Of a DNA stretch of 64,000 bases, positions 9,051 through 19,355 are shown piece after piece. The translations under genes were made by a program, and so were the position numbers. Source of the stretch: Magnetospirillaceae bacterium. GTDB lineage: Bacteria > Pseudomonadota > Alphaproteobacteria > Rhodospirillales > Magnetospirillaceae. Each line of letters begins with the position of its first letter. Positions within the stretch are counted from its first letter, which is position 1. The stretch is from assembly GCA_041685145.1 (NCBI GenBank), contig JAWLGJ010000007.1, positions 3,513-67,512 on the forward strand, read 5' to 3'. The notes under the pieces were generated by a model. The model ran no database searches. It was not told where the DNA came from and saw nothing but the letters and a program-made list of their open reading frames with translations.

Positions 9051-10335
9051 GATTCCCTGCCGACAAAAAGAGTTGCGGATCGCGCGGCTCCCCGGCCACC
9101 CGGACCTCGTAGTGCAGATGCGCGCCCTTGGTGCGGCCCGAGGCCCCCATGAGGCCGACCACGGTGCTGCGGCGGACCTTCTGCCCGTCTTCCACCAGCA
9201 CGCAGGCAAGATGGGCGTAACGGGTGGTGATGCCCATGCCATGATCGATCTCGACGACGTTGCCATAGCCGCCGTCCGGCCCCGCGTGCGCCACCACGCC
9301 GTCGCCGGTGGCGCGGATGGGCGCGCGCCAGGGGCCGCCGAAGTCGAGGCCCTTGTGATAGCTCGACAGCCCGTTGATGGGATCCTTGCGCCGCCCGAAA
9401 CGGCTGCTGACCCAGCCGTCGTCGATGGGCTTGCCGAAGGGCAGCGTGCCCAGCGCCGTGGCCAGGCCGTTCCAGCGCACCACCGCCAGGTCCAGCATTC
9501 CCAGCGTATCGAGATAGCCGCCGTCGAATCCCGGCGCCGTGCCCAGCCCGGCCATCGGCACGAAGGGGCCGCCGACGGCATAGGCGCCGCCGTTGCGCTC
9601 GCCCAGGAAGTCGTCAGTGCTCAGGCCCACGGCGGCCAGCGCCTTTTCGATCTCGCCGATGCGCTCGCTGGCGATTTCGACATAGTATTCGATGAAGGCG
9701 CGGTGGCTCCGGCGCAGGCGGTCGAGGCGCGCCTGCACCTGCGTCGTCGGCGGCAGCTTGCGCGGCGGCGGCGGCAGAATGATCTCGGCCTGAAGCTGCC
9801 GCACCTTGTCGCGCGAGGTGCGCGGGCAGGCCGCCGCCACCGACGCCAGCACGGCCGGCGCCGGCTGGGCGGCGGCATCGGCGCCGGCGGACAGCACCCG
9901 CAGGCTGGCGTCGATGCGGTCGATTTCGGCGGCGACGTCGGCGAAGGTGCGGTCGAATTCCTCCAGGCGCTCGAAGGCGCCGAGATAGGTGCGGCGCATT
10001 TCGGCAAGCTCCGCCTCGCGCCGCGCCTGCTCGTCCCGCAGACGGGCCTGCAGGCGGCTCTTCTCTTCTTCGAGGGCGGCGCGTTCCAGCAGGCCGCGCT
10101 CCTCGGCCGCCATGTTTTCATAGCGGGCGACGGCCTGGGCGCGATAGTCCACCAACAACGAGGCGGCGAGCGTCAGCACCCCCGCCAGCACCACGGCCAC
10201 GAAGGCAAGCTGCTTGCCGGTGGAGAGGGCGACATAACGGATGCGGCCACGGCTGCGCAGAATGACCTGTCGCTCGGGAAACAGCGGCAGCACGTTGTTT
10301 CGGAACCATCCGTCACGCGGGTCGGCCTTCCGCAA
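9034..10335 (-). CDS. bitopic M23/LytM metallopeptidase with coiled-coil region (LmdC-like)
   Basis: M23 signatures YHKGLDF (HxxxD) and AHLHYEV (HxH). TM helix LAFVAVVLAGVLTLAASLLV, then a charged coiled-coil stretch. The start is uncertain. TTG 10335 is preferred because it is preceded by AAGAGGGGGGA; the track start 10560 would overlap gmk. Confidence 0.8.
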   Translation of the reverse strand: MRKADPRDGWFRNNVLPLFPERQVILRSRGRIRYVALSTGKQLAFVAVVLAGVLTLAASLLVDYRAQAVARYENMAAEERGLLERAALEEEKSRLQARLRDEQARREAELAEMRRTYLGAFERLEEFDRTFADVAAEIDRIDASLRVLSAGADAAAQPAPAVLASVAAACPRTSRDKVRQLQAEIILPPPPRKLPPTTQVQARLDRLRRSHRAFIEYYVEIASERIGEIEKALAAVGLSTDDFLGERNGGAYAVGGPFVPMAGLGTAPGFDGGYLDTLGMLDLAVVRWNGLATALGTLPFGKPIDDGWVSSRFGRRKDPINGLSSYHKGLDFGGPWRAPIRATGDGVVAHAGPDGGYGNVVEIDHGMGITTRYAHLACVLVEDGQKVRRSTVVGLMGASGRTKGAHLHYEVRVAGEPRDPQLFLSAGNHVLKR

Positions 10336-10444
10336 GGAATCCCCCCTCTTCTGCCTGACAGTCGACTTTCGAGGGGTGTCACTATCCCGGAAGCGGTAGC
10401 GGGGCGTCAAGCGGCATTCGTCACACCCGCCGGCGTGGCGGGGC

Positions 10445-11107
10445 TCAGTCGTTTCGCAGCTTACGGACGAAGTCCGGCAGCCCCACCTGCCGCTGGCGCC
10501 GCAGGCGCTCGGCCTGCAGGATGGCCGACACCTGCCGCACGCTGCGTTCGGCATCGACATTGACGACGATGTAGTCGTATTCCGGCCAGTGGCTCATTTC
10601 GTCGGCGGCCTTGGCCATGCGCTTGGCGACCACCTCGGCCGAATCCTGGGCGCGGGCGTGCAGGCGGCGCTCCAGTTCCGCCACCGACGGCGGCAGGATG
10701 AAGATGCTGACCAGATCCTCGCGGGCGTTCTGGGCCAGTTGCTGGGTGCCCTGCCAGTCGATGTCGAACAGCACGTCGCGCCCGCCGGCCAGCGCCGCCT
10801 CGACCGGGCCGCGGGGGGTGCCGTAGAAATTGTCGAACACCCGCGCGTGCTCCAGCAGCGCCCCGGCCTCGACCCGGCGGCGGAACTCGGCCTCGTCGAT
10901 GAAGACATAGTCGCGCCCGTCCACCTCGCCGGGGCGCGGCGGCCGCGTCGTCACCGACACCGACATGGCGATGTCGGCATCGCGTTCCAGCAGGGCGCGG
11001 GCGATGGTGGTCTTGCCGGCCCCGGACGGCGAGGACAAAACCAGCATCAGCCCCCGGCGGCGCACCAGGGGCGGGGCGGTGTCGGACATGGGCGCTGCCT
11101 TATTCAA
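10445..11107 (-). CDS. gmk: guanylate kinase
   Basis: P-loop SSPSGAGKTT, plus TTRPPRPGEVDGRDYVF. Confidence 0.93.
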   Translation of the reverse strand: MNKAAPMSDTAPPLVRRRGLMLVLSSPSGAGKTTIARALLERDADIAMSVSVTTRPPRPGEVDGRDYVFIDEAEFRRRVEAGALLEHARVFDNFYGTPRGPVEAALAGGRDVLFDIDWQGTQQLAQNAREDLVSIFILPPSVAELERRLHARAQDSAEVVAKRMAKAADEMSHWPEYDYIVVNVDAERSVRQVSAILQAERLRRQRQVGLPDFVRKLRND

Positions 11108-11972
11108 TGTTCTGCACCTGCTCGCGAAGCTGATCGACCACCACCTTGAGGTCCAGGCCGATGCGGGTCAGGTCGGCGTCGTTGGCCTTGGCGCAGAGGG
11201 TGTTGGCCTCGCGGTTGAACTCCTGGCACAGGAAATCGAGGCGCCGCCCGGCCGGCCCCTCGGCGGCCAAAATCTCGCGCGCCGCCCGCACATGCGCCTT
11301 CAGGCGGTCGATCTCCTCGCGCACGTCCAGCTTGGTGACCAGCAGCGCCGCCTCCTGAGCCAGGCGCTCCTCGGGCAGGGCGCCGGCCTCCAGCAGCGCC
11401 TGCACCTGGGCGCGCAGGCGGGCGCGCACGGCGTCGGGGCGCAGGGCGGCGGCGGCCTCGGCGCGGGCGGCGAGATCCGCGATTTCCTCAAGCCGCTGGT
11501 CGAGCACGGCGCGCAGGCGCTCGCCCTCGCCGCGCCGCGCGGCGTCGAGGGCGCGCACCGCCTCGTCAAGGCCGTCCAGCACCGCCTGGCGCACCGCCTC
11601 GCGCAGGTCCGGGTCATCGGCGGGCTCGACCTCCTCCAGCACGCCGCGCACCGACAGGATGGCGTCGACGCGCGGCGGCGCGAAGTCGGGGTTCTGTTGG
11701 TGCCAGGCGCGCAGGATCTCCGCCGCCCGCGCCGCCAGCGCCGCGTTGACCTGCAGCACGGGCTCGGCGGCGGCGCGCTTCAGGGACAGGGTGGCGGAGA
11801 CATTGCCGCGGCGCAGGAGCGCCGCCACCCGTTCGCGGGCCGGCAACTCCACCATGTCCCAGCCCGGCGGCGTGCGCACGCGCACGTCGAGGCCGCGGCC
11901 GTTGACGCTCTTGACCTCCCAGGCCCACGCCAGGGCGCCGCATTGTCCCTCGGCGCGGGCATAGCCCGTCAT
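11100..11972 (-). CDS. yicC: YicC/YloC family stress-induced protein (endoribonuclease family)
   Basis: SMTGYARAEG start pattern and C-terminal REQVQNIE. ATG 11972 chosen over the track start 12044. 3' end overlaps the gmk start by 8 nt. Confidence 0.85.
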   Translation of the reverse strand: MTGYARAEGQCGALAWAWEVKSVNGRGLDVRVRTPPGWDMVELPARERVAALLRRGNVSATLSLKRAAAEPVLQVNAALAARAAEILRAWHQQNPDFAPPRVDAILSVRGVLEEVEPADDPDLREAVRQAVLDGLDEAVRALDAARRGEGERLRAVLDQRLEEIADLAARAEAAAALRPDAVRARLRAQVQALLEAGALPEERLAQEAALLVTKLDVREEIDRLKAHVRAAREILAAEGPAGRRLDFLCQEFNREANTLCAKANDADLTRIGLDLKVVVDQLREQVQNIE

Positions 11973-12050
11973 GCTGGCAATGGCCACACCAAACCCCCTG
12001 TGTTGTGTCAGCGCCGTTATACCCGCCGCCCGTGCGGGCAACAAGGCGGC

Positions 12051-13046
12051 TCAGCGGGCGTCCCGCAGCCGCCGCCAGCGGCGGACGTTGCGGTTGTGCT
12101 CGTCAAGGGTGCGCGCGAAGGCGTGGCCGCCATTGCCGTCGGCGACGAAATAGAGTTCGTCGGTATCCACGGGCGCCAGCACGGCCGCGATGGCGGCGCG
12201 GCCGGGATTGCTGATCGGCGCCGGCGGCAGGCCGCCGTGGACATAGGTGTTGAAGGGATGATCGGCGCGGAGGTCGGCGCGGGTGAGGCGCCGGTCGATG
12301 AGCCCGTCGCCGCCGCTGAGGCCGTAGATCACCGTCGGGTCCGACTGCAACCGCATTCCGCGCCGCAGGCGGTTGATGAACACCGCCGCCACCCGCGGGC
12401 GTTCGGCGGGCACGGCGGTTTCGCGCTCGACGATCGAGGCCAGGATCACCGCCTCCTCGGGGCCCGACAGGGGCAGGTCCGCCGCCCGCTGCGGCCACAG
12501 CCCCGCCAGCGCGTCGCTCATCGCCCGCTGCATCCGCGACAGCAGCGCCGCCCGGTCCTCGCCGCGGCTGAAATGATAGGTTTCGGGCAGCAGGCTGCCC
12601 TCCGGCGGCACGGCGTCGATGGTTCCGCTGAGTTCCGGCCGCGCCCGCAGCAGGTCCACCACCTGCGCCGAGGTCAGCCCCTCGGGCACGGTGAGGCGGT
12701 GCACGACCGTCTTGCCGCGCACCAGGGTCTCCAGCACCGCCCTCATGCTGACGCCGGCGGCGAAACGGTACTCCCCCGCCTTCAACGCCGCCCCCCGCCC
12801 CAGGGCACGGGCCACCACGACGAAAAGGGCGTCGTCGCCGATGACGCCCTCGGCGGCGAGGGTGGCGGCCACGGCGCGCAGGCCGCCAGGCTCGACGATG
12901 ACGGTGGTTTCGGCCTCAAGCGGGCCGGGCTGGGTGAAACGGCTCCAGACGACGCCCGCCGCCACGCCGGCGACGACGGCGACAGTCAGAATCGCGGCAA
13001 TGCCTCGCAGAATCCAGCGCCCCATCCCCGATCCCGGTGCTCCCAT
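12051..13046 (-). CDS. mltG: endolytic murein transglycosylase MltG (YceG-like)
   Basis: N-terminal TM segment. Motifs ASIVERET, RLQSDPTVIY, NTYVHGGLPPAPISNPG. Confidence 0.9.
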   Translation of the reverse strand: MGAPGSGMGRWILRGIAAILTVAVVAGVAAGVVWSRFTQPGPLEAETTVIVEPGGLRAVAATLAAEGVIGDDALFVVVARALGRGAALKAGEYRFAAGVSMRAVLETLVRGKTVVHRLTVPEGLTSAQVVDLLRARPELSGTIDAVPPEGSLLPETYHFSRGEDRAALLSRMQRAMSDALAGLWPQRAADLPLSGPEEAVILASIVERETAVPAERPRVAAVFINRLRRGMRLQSDPTVIYGLSGGDGLIDRRLTRADLRADHPFNTYVHGGLPPAPISNPGRAAIAAVLAPVDTDELYFVADGNGGHAFARTLDEHNRNVRRWRRLRDAR

Positions 13047-13070
13047 CCCCGCCGCGCACCGGCGGCGCGA

Positions 13071-14333
13071 TCACGGCGCGGCGGTGAAGATCAGCGACGC
13101 GTTCGTCCCGCCGAAACCGAAGGAATTGGAGGCCGCGACCCGCACCCGCCGCTCCTTGGCCTCGTGCGGCACGAGGTCAATGTCGCAGCCCTCGGAGGGG
13201 TTGTCGAGATTGAGAGTCGGCGGCACCACGCCCTCGACCACCGCCTGAATGGAATAGATCGCCTCGACGGCGCCGGCCGCGCCCAGCAAATGGCCGATGG
13301 CCGATTTGGTCGAGGACATCGACAAACGATAGGCGTGATCGCCGAACAGGCGCTTGACCGCCCCCAGTTCGATCTCGTCGCCCAGCGGCGTCGAGGTGCC
13401 GTGGGCGTTGATGTAATCGACGTCCTCGGGGCGCAGCCCGGCGCGCCTGAGGGCGTTGCGCATGGCGCGGAAGGCGCCGTTGCCGTCCTCGGCCGGGGCG
13501 GTGATGTGATAGGCGTCGCCGGACATGCCGTAGCCGACCACCTCGGCATAGATGGTGGCGCCGCGCCGCTTGGCGTGCTCCAACTCCTCCAGCACCACGA
13601 CGCCGGCGCCCTCGCCCATGACGAAGCCGTCACGCTCGCGGTCCCAGGGCCGCGAGGCCTTCTCGGGGCTGTCGTTGAACGAGGTCGACAGCGCCTTCGC
13701 CGCCGCGAAGCCGGCGATGCCCAGGCGGCAGATCGCCGCCTCGGCGCCGCCCGCCACCATGACGTCGGCGTCGTCGAGCGCGATCATGCGCGCGGCGTCG
13801 CCGATGGCGTGGGCGCCGGTCGAACAGGCGGTGACGACGGCGTGGTTCGGACCCCGGAAGCCGTAACGGATCGAGACGTGACCCGAGACCAGGTTGATGA
13901 GGCTGGCGGGGATGAAGAAGGGGCTGATGCGGCGGGGCCCCTGCTTCTCAAGGGTCACCGAGCCGGCGGCGATGCCGGGAAGGCCGCCGATGCCGGAGCC
14001 GATCATGACGCCGGTGCGCTCGCGGCCCTCGTCGTCCTCGGGCTGCCAGCCGGAGTCGGCGATGGCCTCCTGCGCGGCGGCGAGGCCATAGACGATGAAC
14101 TCGTCCATGCGCCGCCGCTCCTTGGGCGTGGCGACGCTGTCGGGGTCGAAGTCCCCGGCGCCGTCGCCGCGCGGCACCATGCCGGCGATGCGCGCCGGCA
14201 AGTCCGCGACATCGAACGCGGCGATGGGGCCGATGCCCGACCGGCCGGCGGTAAGGCGGTCCCAGTTGGTGGCCACCCCCGTCCCGAGGGGAGTGACCAT
14301 GCCCATGCCGGTTACGACGACACGTCTCATCAA
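13071..14333 (-). CDS. fabF: beta-ketoacyl-ACP synthase II
   Basis: Active-site context [14 protein letters not shown], plus HGTSTPLGD and [12 protein letters not shown]. Confidence 0.95.
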   Translation of the reverse strand: MMRRVVVTGMGMVTPLGTGVATNWDRLTAGRSGIGPIAAFDVADLPARIAGMVPRGDGAGDFDPDSVATPKERRRMDEFIVYGLAAAQEAIADSGWQPEDDEGRERTGVMIGSGIGGLPGIAAGSVTLEKQGPRRISPFFIPASLINLVSGHVSIRYGFRGPNHAVVTACSTGAHAIGDAARMIALDDADVMVAGGAEAAICRLGIAGFAAAKALSTSFNDSPEKASRPWDRERDGFVMGEGAGVVVLEELEHAKRRGATIYAEVVGYGMSGDAYHITAPAEDGNGAFRAMRNALRRAGLRPEDVDYINAHGTSTPLGDEIELGAVKRLFGDHAYRLSMSSTKSAIGHLLGAAGAVEAIYSIQAVVEGVVPPTLNLDNPSEGCDIDLVPHEAKERRVRVAASNSFGFGGTNASLIFTAAP

Positions 14334-14379
14334 AAAGGCCCTGGCTGCAGTCGGGGGAGCGGCCGCCGCCGCGCCTGTC

Positions 14380-14616
14380 CTAGGACGTCCGGGATTCGAT
14401 GAACTCGATGGCGTCCTTGACGGTAAGAATCTTCTCGGCCGCGTCGTCGGGAATCTCGACCCCGAACTCCTCCTCGAAGGCCATCACCAGTTCAACCGTG
14501 TCCAGACTGTCGGCACCCAGATCGTCGATAAAGCTGGCGTTCTCGCTGACCTTCGACTCCTCGACACCCAGATGCTCGACGACGATCTTCTTAACGCGCT
14601 CGGCAACGTCGCTCAT
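14380..14616 (-). CDS. acpP: acyl carrier protein
   Basis: 78 aa starting at ATG 14616 ([12 protein letters not shown]) after GGAGAAA. Phosphopantetheine site [13 protein letters not shown]. Confidence 0.95.
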   Translation of the reverse strand: MSDVAERVKKIVVEHLGVEESKVSENASFIDDLGADSLDTVELVMAFEEEFGVEIPDDAAEKILTVKDAIEFIESRTS

Positions 14617-14671
14617 TTTCTCCAACCCCACCAATCTGCTGAAGTTTCCGCTGATCCCTGGCAACGCCCCT

Positions 14672-14701
14672 GGAAAAAAGTGCCCTTGCGTAGCACACTT
14701 T
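14672..14701 (-). terminator. weak hairpin plus T6 run between fabG and acpP (possible partial terminator)
   Basis: Minus strand reads AAGTGtgctacgcaaggGCACTTTTTTCC. The stem is short (5-6 bp). The run of six T is unusual for this GC-rich DNA. Confidence 0.3.
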
Positions 14702-14720
14702 CCGGGGCTTGGCCAGCGGG

Positions 14721-15461
14721 TCACACCATGACCATCCCGCCATTTATATGCACGGTCTGGCCGGTCACATAGGCGGCCTCGTCGCTGGCCAGATACACCG
14801 CCGCCGCCGCCACCTCCTCGGGCGTTCCCATGCGGCCGGCCGGAATATTCGCCAGCAGCCTTTGCCGCTGCTCGTCATTCAGCGCGTCGGTCATCGCGGT
14901 CACGATGAAGCCGGGGGCGATGCAGTTCACCGTCACCCCCCGCGCCGCCACCTCGGCGGCCATCGACTTGCTCATGCCGATCATGCCCGCCTTGGAGGCG
15001 GCATAGTTCACCTGCCCCGGATTGCCGGTGACGCCGACGATCGAGGTGATGTTGACGATCCGCCCGGCGCGCCGCTTCATCATGCCGCGCAGCGCGGCGC
15101 GCGACAGCCGGAAGGCGGCGGTGAGGTTGACGTCCAGCACCGCCTGCCAGTCCTCGTCCTTCATGCGCAGCGCCAGGCCGTCGCGGGTGAGCCCGGCGTT
15201 GTTGACCAGGATGTCCAGCCCCCCCATCGCCTGTTCGGCGTCGCGCACCAGGGCGTCGAGCGAGGCGGCGTCGGCGAGGTCGGCGGTGACGACATGCGCC
15301 CGCTCGCCCAGCTCGGCCGCCAGCGCGTCCAGGGCCTCGCGGCGCGTGCCCGACAGGGTGACGGCGGCGCCGCGGCCGTGCAGGGCGCGGGCGATGGCGC
15401 CGCCGATGCCGCCCGAGGCGCCGGTGACGAGCGCGGCCTTGCCGGAAAGATCGAACATCAA
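14721..15461 (-). CDS. fabG: 3-oxoacyl-ACP reductase
   Basis: Motifs [23 protein letters not shown]. Located in the fab cluster. Confidence 0.95.
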   Translation of the reverse strand: MMFDLSGKAALVTGASGGIGGAIARALHGRGAAVTLSGTRREALDALAAELGERAHVVTADLADAASLDALVRDAEQAMGGLDILVNNAGLTRDGLALRMKDEDWQAVLDVNLTAAFRLSRAALRGMMKRRAGRIVNITSIVGVTGNPGQVNYAASKAGMIGMSKSMAAEVAARGVTVNCIAPGFIVTAMTDALNDEQRQRLLANIPAGRMGTPEEVAAAAVYLASDEAAYVTGQTVHINGGMVMV

Positions 15462-15471
15462 TTCCTCTCCC

Positions 15472-16416
15472 TCAGGGCACGGCCAGGAAGGCCTCGATGT
15501 CGGCAGGCGTCTGGAGCGAGGCCGACGACAGGGCGCGGTCGATGCGCCGCGCCAGCCCGGCCAGCACCTTGCCGGCGCCCACTTCCACCAGGGTCTCGAC
15601 GCCCTGCTCTTTCATATACAGCATACTCTCGCGCCAGCGCACGGTTCCCGTCACCTGCTCGACCAGCAGGCGGCGGATTTCGTCGGCGTCGGTGACCGCC
15701 CGGGCGGTGACATTGGCCACCAGCGGCACCTTCGGCGCCGCCATCGGCACCGCCGCCAGGGCCTCGGCCATCACCTCGGCGGCCGGGGCCATCAGCGCGC
15801 AGTGGAACGGGGCGCTGACCGGCAGCAGCACGCTGCGCCGCGCCCCGCGCTCCGCCGCCAGGGCGACGGCGCGCTCCACCGCCGCCTTATCGCCGCTGAC
15901 CACCACCTGGCCGGGGGCGTTGTCGTTGGCGGCCGCGCAGACCTGGCCCTGGGCGGCGTCGGCGGCGACGGCGCGGGCCGTCTCCAGGTCCAGCCCCATC
16001 AGCGCCGCCATCGCCCCCTGGCCCACCGGCACGGCGCGCTGCATGGCGCGCCCGCGCGTCTTCAGCAGCCGCGCCGCGTCGGCCAGCGAGAAGGTGCCGG
16101 CGGCGGCCAGGGCCGAATACTCGCCCAGGGAATGGCCGGCGACGAAGCGCGCCGTCGCCGCCAAGTCGACGCCGCCCTCCCTCTCCAGGACGCGCATCAC
16201 CGCCATGCTGACCGCCATCAGGGCCGGCTGGGCGTTTTCGGTGAGGGTAAGCTCGTCCTCGGGGCCCTCGAACATCAGGCGCGACAGCGCCTGGCCAAGG
16301 GCGTCGTCGACCTCCTCGAAGACCTCGCGCGCCGCCGGGAAGGCCCCCGCCAGCTCGCGGCCCATTCCCACCGCCTGGGAGCCCTGGCCCGGAAAGACGA
16401 AGGCGCGCGTCGACAT
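15472..16416 (-). CDS. fabD: malonyl CoA-ACP transacylase
   Basis: Start ATG 16416 (MSTRAFVFPGQGSQ). Active site GHSLGEYSAL. Confidence 0.93.
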   Translation of the reverse strand: MSTRAFVFPGQGSQAVGMGRELAGAFPAAREVFEEVDDALGQALSRLMFEGPEDELTLTENAQPALMAVSMAVMRVLEREGGVDLAATARFVAGHSLGEYSALAAAGTFSLADAARLLKTRGRAMQRAVPVGQGAMAALMGLDLETARAVAADAAQGQVCAAANDNAPGQVVVSGDKAAVERAVALAAERGARRSVLLPVSAPFHCALMAPAAEVMAEALAAVPMAAPKVPLVANVTARAVTDADEIRRLLVEQVTGTVRWRESMLYMKEQGVETLVEVGAGKVLAGLARRIDRALSSASLQTPADIEAFLAVP

Positions 16417-16537
16417 CGAATCCCCCTGCTGAACAAATCGGCGCCAAAGGAATAGCCACGCAGCCGCCCCTGTCAAGCGTCCCGCGTCCGCGCCGCCGCC
16501 GGAACCGTCCGCCGGCCGCCGGCCGCCGGCGATGGCC

Positions 16538-16565
16538 TTGCACGGCGAGGGGATTTGTGTATAGT
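16538..16565 (+). promoter_or_regulatory. sigma70-like promoter for rpsF-rpsR-rplI
   Basis: TTGCAC (16538-16543), 16-nt spacer, TATAGT (16560-16565). This leaves a structured leader of about 95-100 nt before ATG 16667. Confidence 0.5.
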
Positions 16566-16666
16566 GCGCGGCTTCTTGCGACTCCTTGCCGGTCCGCAGG
16601 CGGGCCGGCTATGCCCCGCTCCCCCTCGGGTGCGGGACGAGACAAGCCGAAAGGAGCAGTCGGACC

Positions 16667-17026
16667 ATGCCGCTTTACGAGTGCGTGTTCATCGCGCGCC
16701 AGGACATCAACACCCAGCAGGTCGATACCATCGCCGACTCGCTGGCCAACATCATCAGCGAGAACGGCGGCGCCATCGCCAAGCGCGAATACTGGGGCCT
16801 GCGCAATTTCGCCTATCGCATCAAGAAGAATCGCAAGGGGCACTACGTCCTCTTCCACATCGACGCGCCCGTTCCGGCCGTGAAGGAAATGGAGCGCCAG
16901 ATGACCCTCAACGAGGACGTCCTCCGCCATCTCGTGCTGCGGATGGAGGAGCCGGAGGAAGGCCCGTCGATCATGATGCAGAGCCGGGACCGGCGCGACG
17001 ACCGCCCGCGTCGCCGCCCCAGCTAA
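16667..17026 (+). CDS. rpsF: 30S ribosomal protein S6
   Basis: AAGGAG at 16651-16656. [13 protein letters not shown]...[14 protein letters not shown]. Confidence 0.95.
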   Translation: MPLYECVFIARQDINTQQVDTIADSLANIISENGGAIAKREYWGLRNFAYRIKKNRKGHYVLFHIDAPVPAVKEMERQMTLNEDVLRHLVLRMEEPEEGPSIMMQSRDRRDDRPRRRPS

Positions 17027-17038
17027 AGGAGGAGCGCG

Positions 17039-17308
17039 ATGAACCAGAACACCCCGATGGGCCCGCGGACGGTGATCGCCGGCGTGCGGCGCCCCTTTTT
17101 CCGCCGCCGCAAGACCTGCCCGTTCTCCGGCGCCAACGCGCCGAAGATCGACTACAAGGACATCAAGCTGCTGCAACGGTTCGTGTCCGAGCGCGGCAAG
17201 ATCGTCCCCAGCCGCATCACCGCGGTGTCGTCCAAGAAGCAGCGCGAACTGGCCAAGGCCATCAAGCGGGCGCGCTTCATGGGCCTTCTGCCCTATGTGG
17301 TGAAATAG
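17039..17308 (+). CDS. rpsR: 30S ribosomal protein S18
   Basis: [25 protein letters not shown]. Confidence 0.95.
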   Translation: MNQNTPMGPRTVIAGVRRPFFRRRKTCPFSGANAPKIDYKDIKLLQRFVSERGKIVPSRITAVSSKKQRELAKAIKRARFMGLLPYVVK

Positions 17309-17326
17309 GCGCGCGGGAGAAAAGCG

Positions 17327-17923
17327 ATGCACGTCATTCTGCTTGAGCGAATCGAGAAACTGGGCCAGATGGGCGAAGAGGTCCGGGTAAAGCCCGGCTA
17401 TGCCCGCAACTTCCTGCTGCCGCAGAAGAAGGCCCTGCGCGCCACCAAGGAAAACCGCGCCTATTTCGATAAGCAGCGCACCCAGTTGGAGGCCATCAAC
17501 CTCCAGCGCCGCCAGGAGGCCGAGTCGGTCGCCGAGCGGATGCAGGGCCTGACGCTGCGCATGGTGCGCCAGGCGGCCGAAACCGGCCAGCTTTACGGGT
17601 CGGTCACCGGCCGCGACCTCGTCGAGGCCATCAAGGAGGGCGGTTTTACCGTCCAGCGCCAACAGGTCCACCTCGATGCGCCCATCAAGACCCTGGGCCG
17701 CATCCCGGTGCGCGTGGCGCTGCATCCCGAGGTTGCCGTCACGGTGACCGTGGTGGTGGCGCGCTCGCAGGCCGAGGCCGAGGAGCAGGCGGAAGCCGCC
17801 GCCGCGCAGGCAGAGCCGCCGGAGAGCCCCGAGGAAGCACCGGCCGCCGACGCCGCCGCGGAGGAGGCCCCGGCCGCCGACGCCGAGGAGTCCGCCGGGG
17901 ACGAATCCTCCCAGGAGGTATAG
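17327..17923 (+). CDS. rplI: 50S ribosomal protein L9 (acidic C-terminal extension)
   Basis: [32 protein letters not shown]. Confidence 0.95.
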   Translation: MHVILLERIEKLGQMGEEVRVKPGYARNFLLPQKKALRATKENRAYFDKQRTQLEAINLQRRQEAESVAERMQGLTLRMVRQAAETGQLYGSVTGRDLVEAIKEGGFTVQRQQVHLDAPIKTLGRIPVRVALHPEVAVTVTVVVARSQAEAEEQAEAAAAQAEPPESPEEAPAADAAAEEAPAADAEESAGDESSQEV

Positions 17924-18014
17924 GCTCGGCCCCTGCGCCTCTGCGCTCGGTCCTAAACCGTTGGTATGATTTGCGGAACGGCGCCGTGATCCCATCATAA
18001 TCCCCAGCGGGGTT

Positions 18015-19250
18015 GTGATGCTGTTGACGCGGCTGCTCGAACGCATTGTCCGGTGCGGCGCCCTCACCGTCATCGACGCGCGGGGGCGCCGACACCGTCT
18101 GGTCGGCGAGGACGCACCCGGGCTGCGTCCGGTCTCCATCCGCCTGCATCATCCGTCCCTGCACCGCCGGTTGTGGCTGAACCCTAAGCTGACGCTGGGC
18201 GAAGCCTATATGGACGGCACCCTCACCGTCGAGGACGGCACCCTCTATGATTTCCTCGCCCTGTGCGGCGCCAATGTGGCGCGCCGCGGCCGGAACATGG
18301 TGGGGTGGACCGACGCGGCGGCGCGGGCGTTGCGGCGCGTGCAGCAGTTCAATCCCGCCGGCCTCGCCCGCCGCAACGTCGCCCACCACTACGATCTTTC
18401 CGACGCCCTTTACGATTTGTTCCTCGACCGCGACCGGCAGTATTCCTGCGCCTATTTCCCCCACCCCGACGCCGACCTGGAGGAGGCGCAGGAGGCCAAG
18501 AAGCGCCACATCGCCGCCAAGCTGCTGCTGGAGCCGGGGATGCGGGTTCTGGACATCGGCTGCGGCTGGGGCGGCATGGCGCTGAGCCTGGCGGGGCTGG
18601 CCGACGTCCATGTCACCGGCATCACCCTCTCGCGCGAGCAATTGCGGGTGGCGCGCGAGCGGGCGCAACGCGCCGGCCTCGGCCACCGGGTCGAATTCCA
18701 CCTGCGCGACTACCGCCACCAGGAGGGCCGCTTCGAGCGCATCGTCTCGGTGGGCATGTTCGAGCATGTGGGAGTCAACCACTATCGGACCTTTTTCCGC
18801 CGGCTGAAGCACCTGCTGACGCCGGACGGCGTGGCGCTGCTGCATTCCATCGGCCGCGCCGGCGGGCCCGGCTACACCGATCCCTGGATCCGCAAATACA
18901 TCTTTCCCGGCGGCTATTCCCCGGCATTGTCGGAGGTTCTGCCCGCGGTCGAGCGCACCGGCCTTTACGTCACCGACATCGAGATCCTGCGCCTGCACTA
19001 CGCCGAGACGCTGCGGCGCTGGCGGGCGCGGCTGGAGCGCAACCGCGAGCGCGTGCGGGCGCTCTACGACGAGCGCTTCTGCCGCATGTGGGAGTATTAC
19101 CTGACGGGCTCGGAGGTGGCCTTCCGCCACATGGGGCTTGTGGTATTCCAGATGCAGATGTCCCCCCGCATCGACGCCGTGCCGCTGACCCGCGACTACA
19201 TCACCGACACCGAACGTCGGCTGCAAGACCGTCTGAGCAGCGTGGCGTGA
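18015..19250 (+). CDS. cfa: cyclopropane-fatty-acyl-phospholipid synthase family methyltransferase
   Basis: AHHYDLSDALYDLFLD, SAM motif VLDIGCGWGG, and FEHVG. Confidence 0.9.
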   Translation: MMLLTRLLERIVRCGALTVIDARGRRHRLVGEDAPGLRPVSIRLHHPSLHRRLWLNPKLTLGEAYMDGTLTVEDGTLYDFLALCGANVARRGRNMVGWTDAAARALRRVQQFNPAGLARRNVAHHYDLSDALYDLFLDRDRQYSCAYFPHPDADLEEAQEAKKRHIAAKLLLEPGMRVLDIGCGWGGMALSLAGLADVHVTGITLSREQLRVARERAQRAGLGHRVEFHLRDYRHQEGRFERIVSVGMFEHVGVNHYRTFFRRLKHLLTPDGVALLHSIGRAGGPGYTDPWIRKYIFPGGYSPALSEVLPAVERTGLYVTDIEILRLHYAETLRRWRARLERNRERVRALYDERFCRMWEYYLTGSEVAFRHMGLVVFQMQMSPRIDAVPLTRDYITDTERRLQDRLSSVA

Positions 19251-19355
19251 CCGCCCCCCCGCGCGCACGCCCGCGCGCCGGCCGCCGCCGCCATTGCCGT
19301 TGCCCCGCATCGGCGATAGGCTGACGCGGACGGACCACACCGGGGGGGCAAGCGG

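Noticed and set aside
10965-14402. 1145-aa plus-strand ORF spanning the gmk-yicC-mltG-fabF region
   Set aside because: It is antisense to four well-supported conserved genes. The translation is low-complexity (Arg/Gly/Ala/His/Pro-rich) with no motifs, typical of a stop-free shadow frame in GC-rich DNA.
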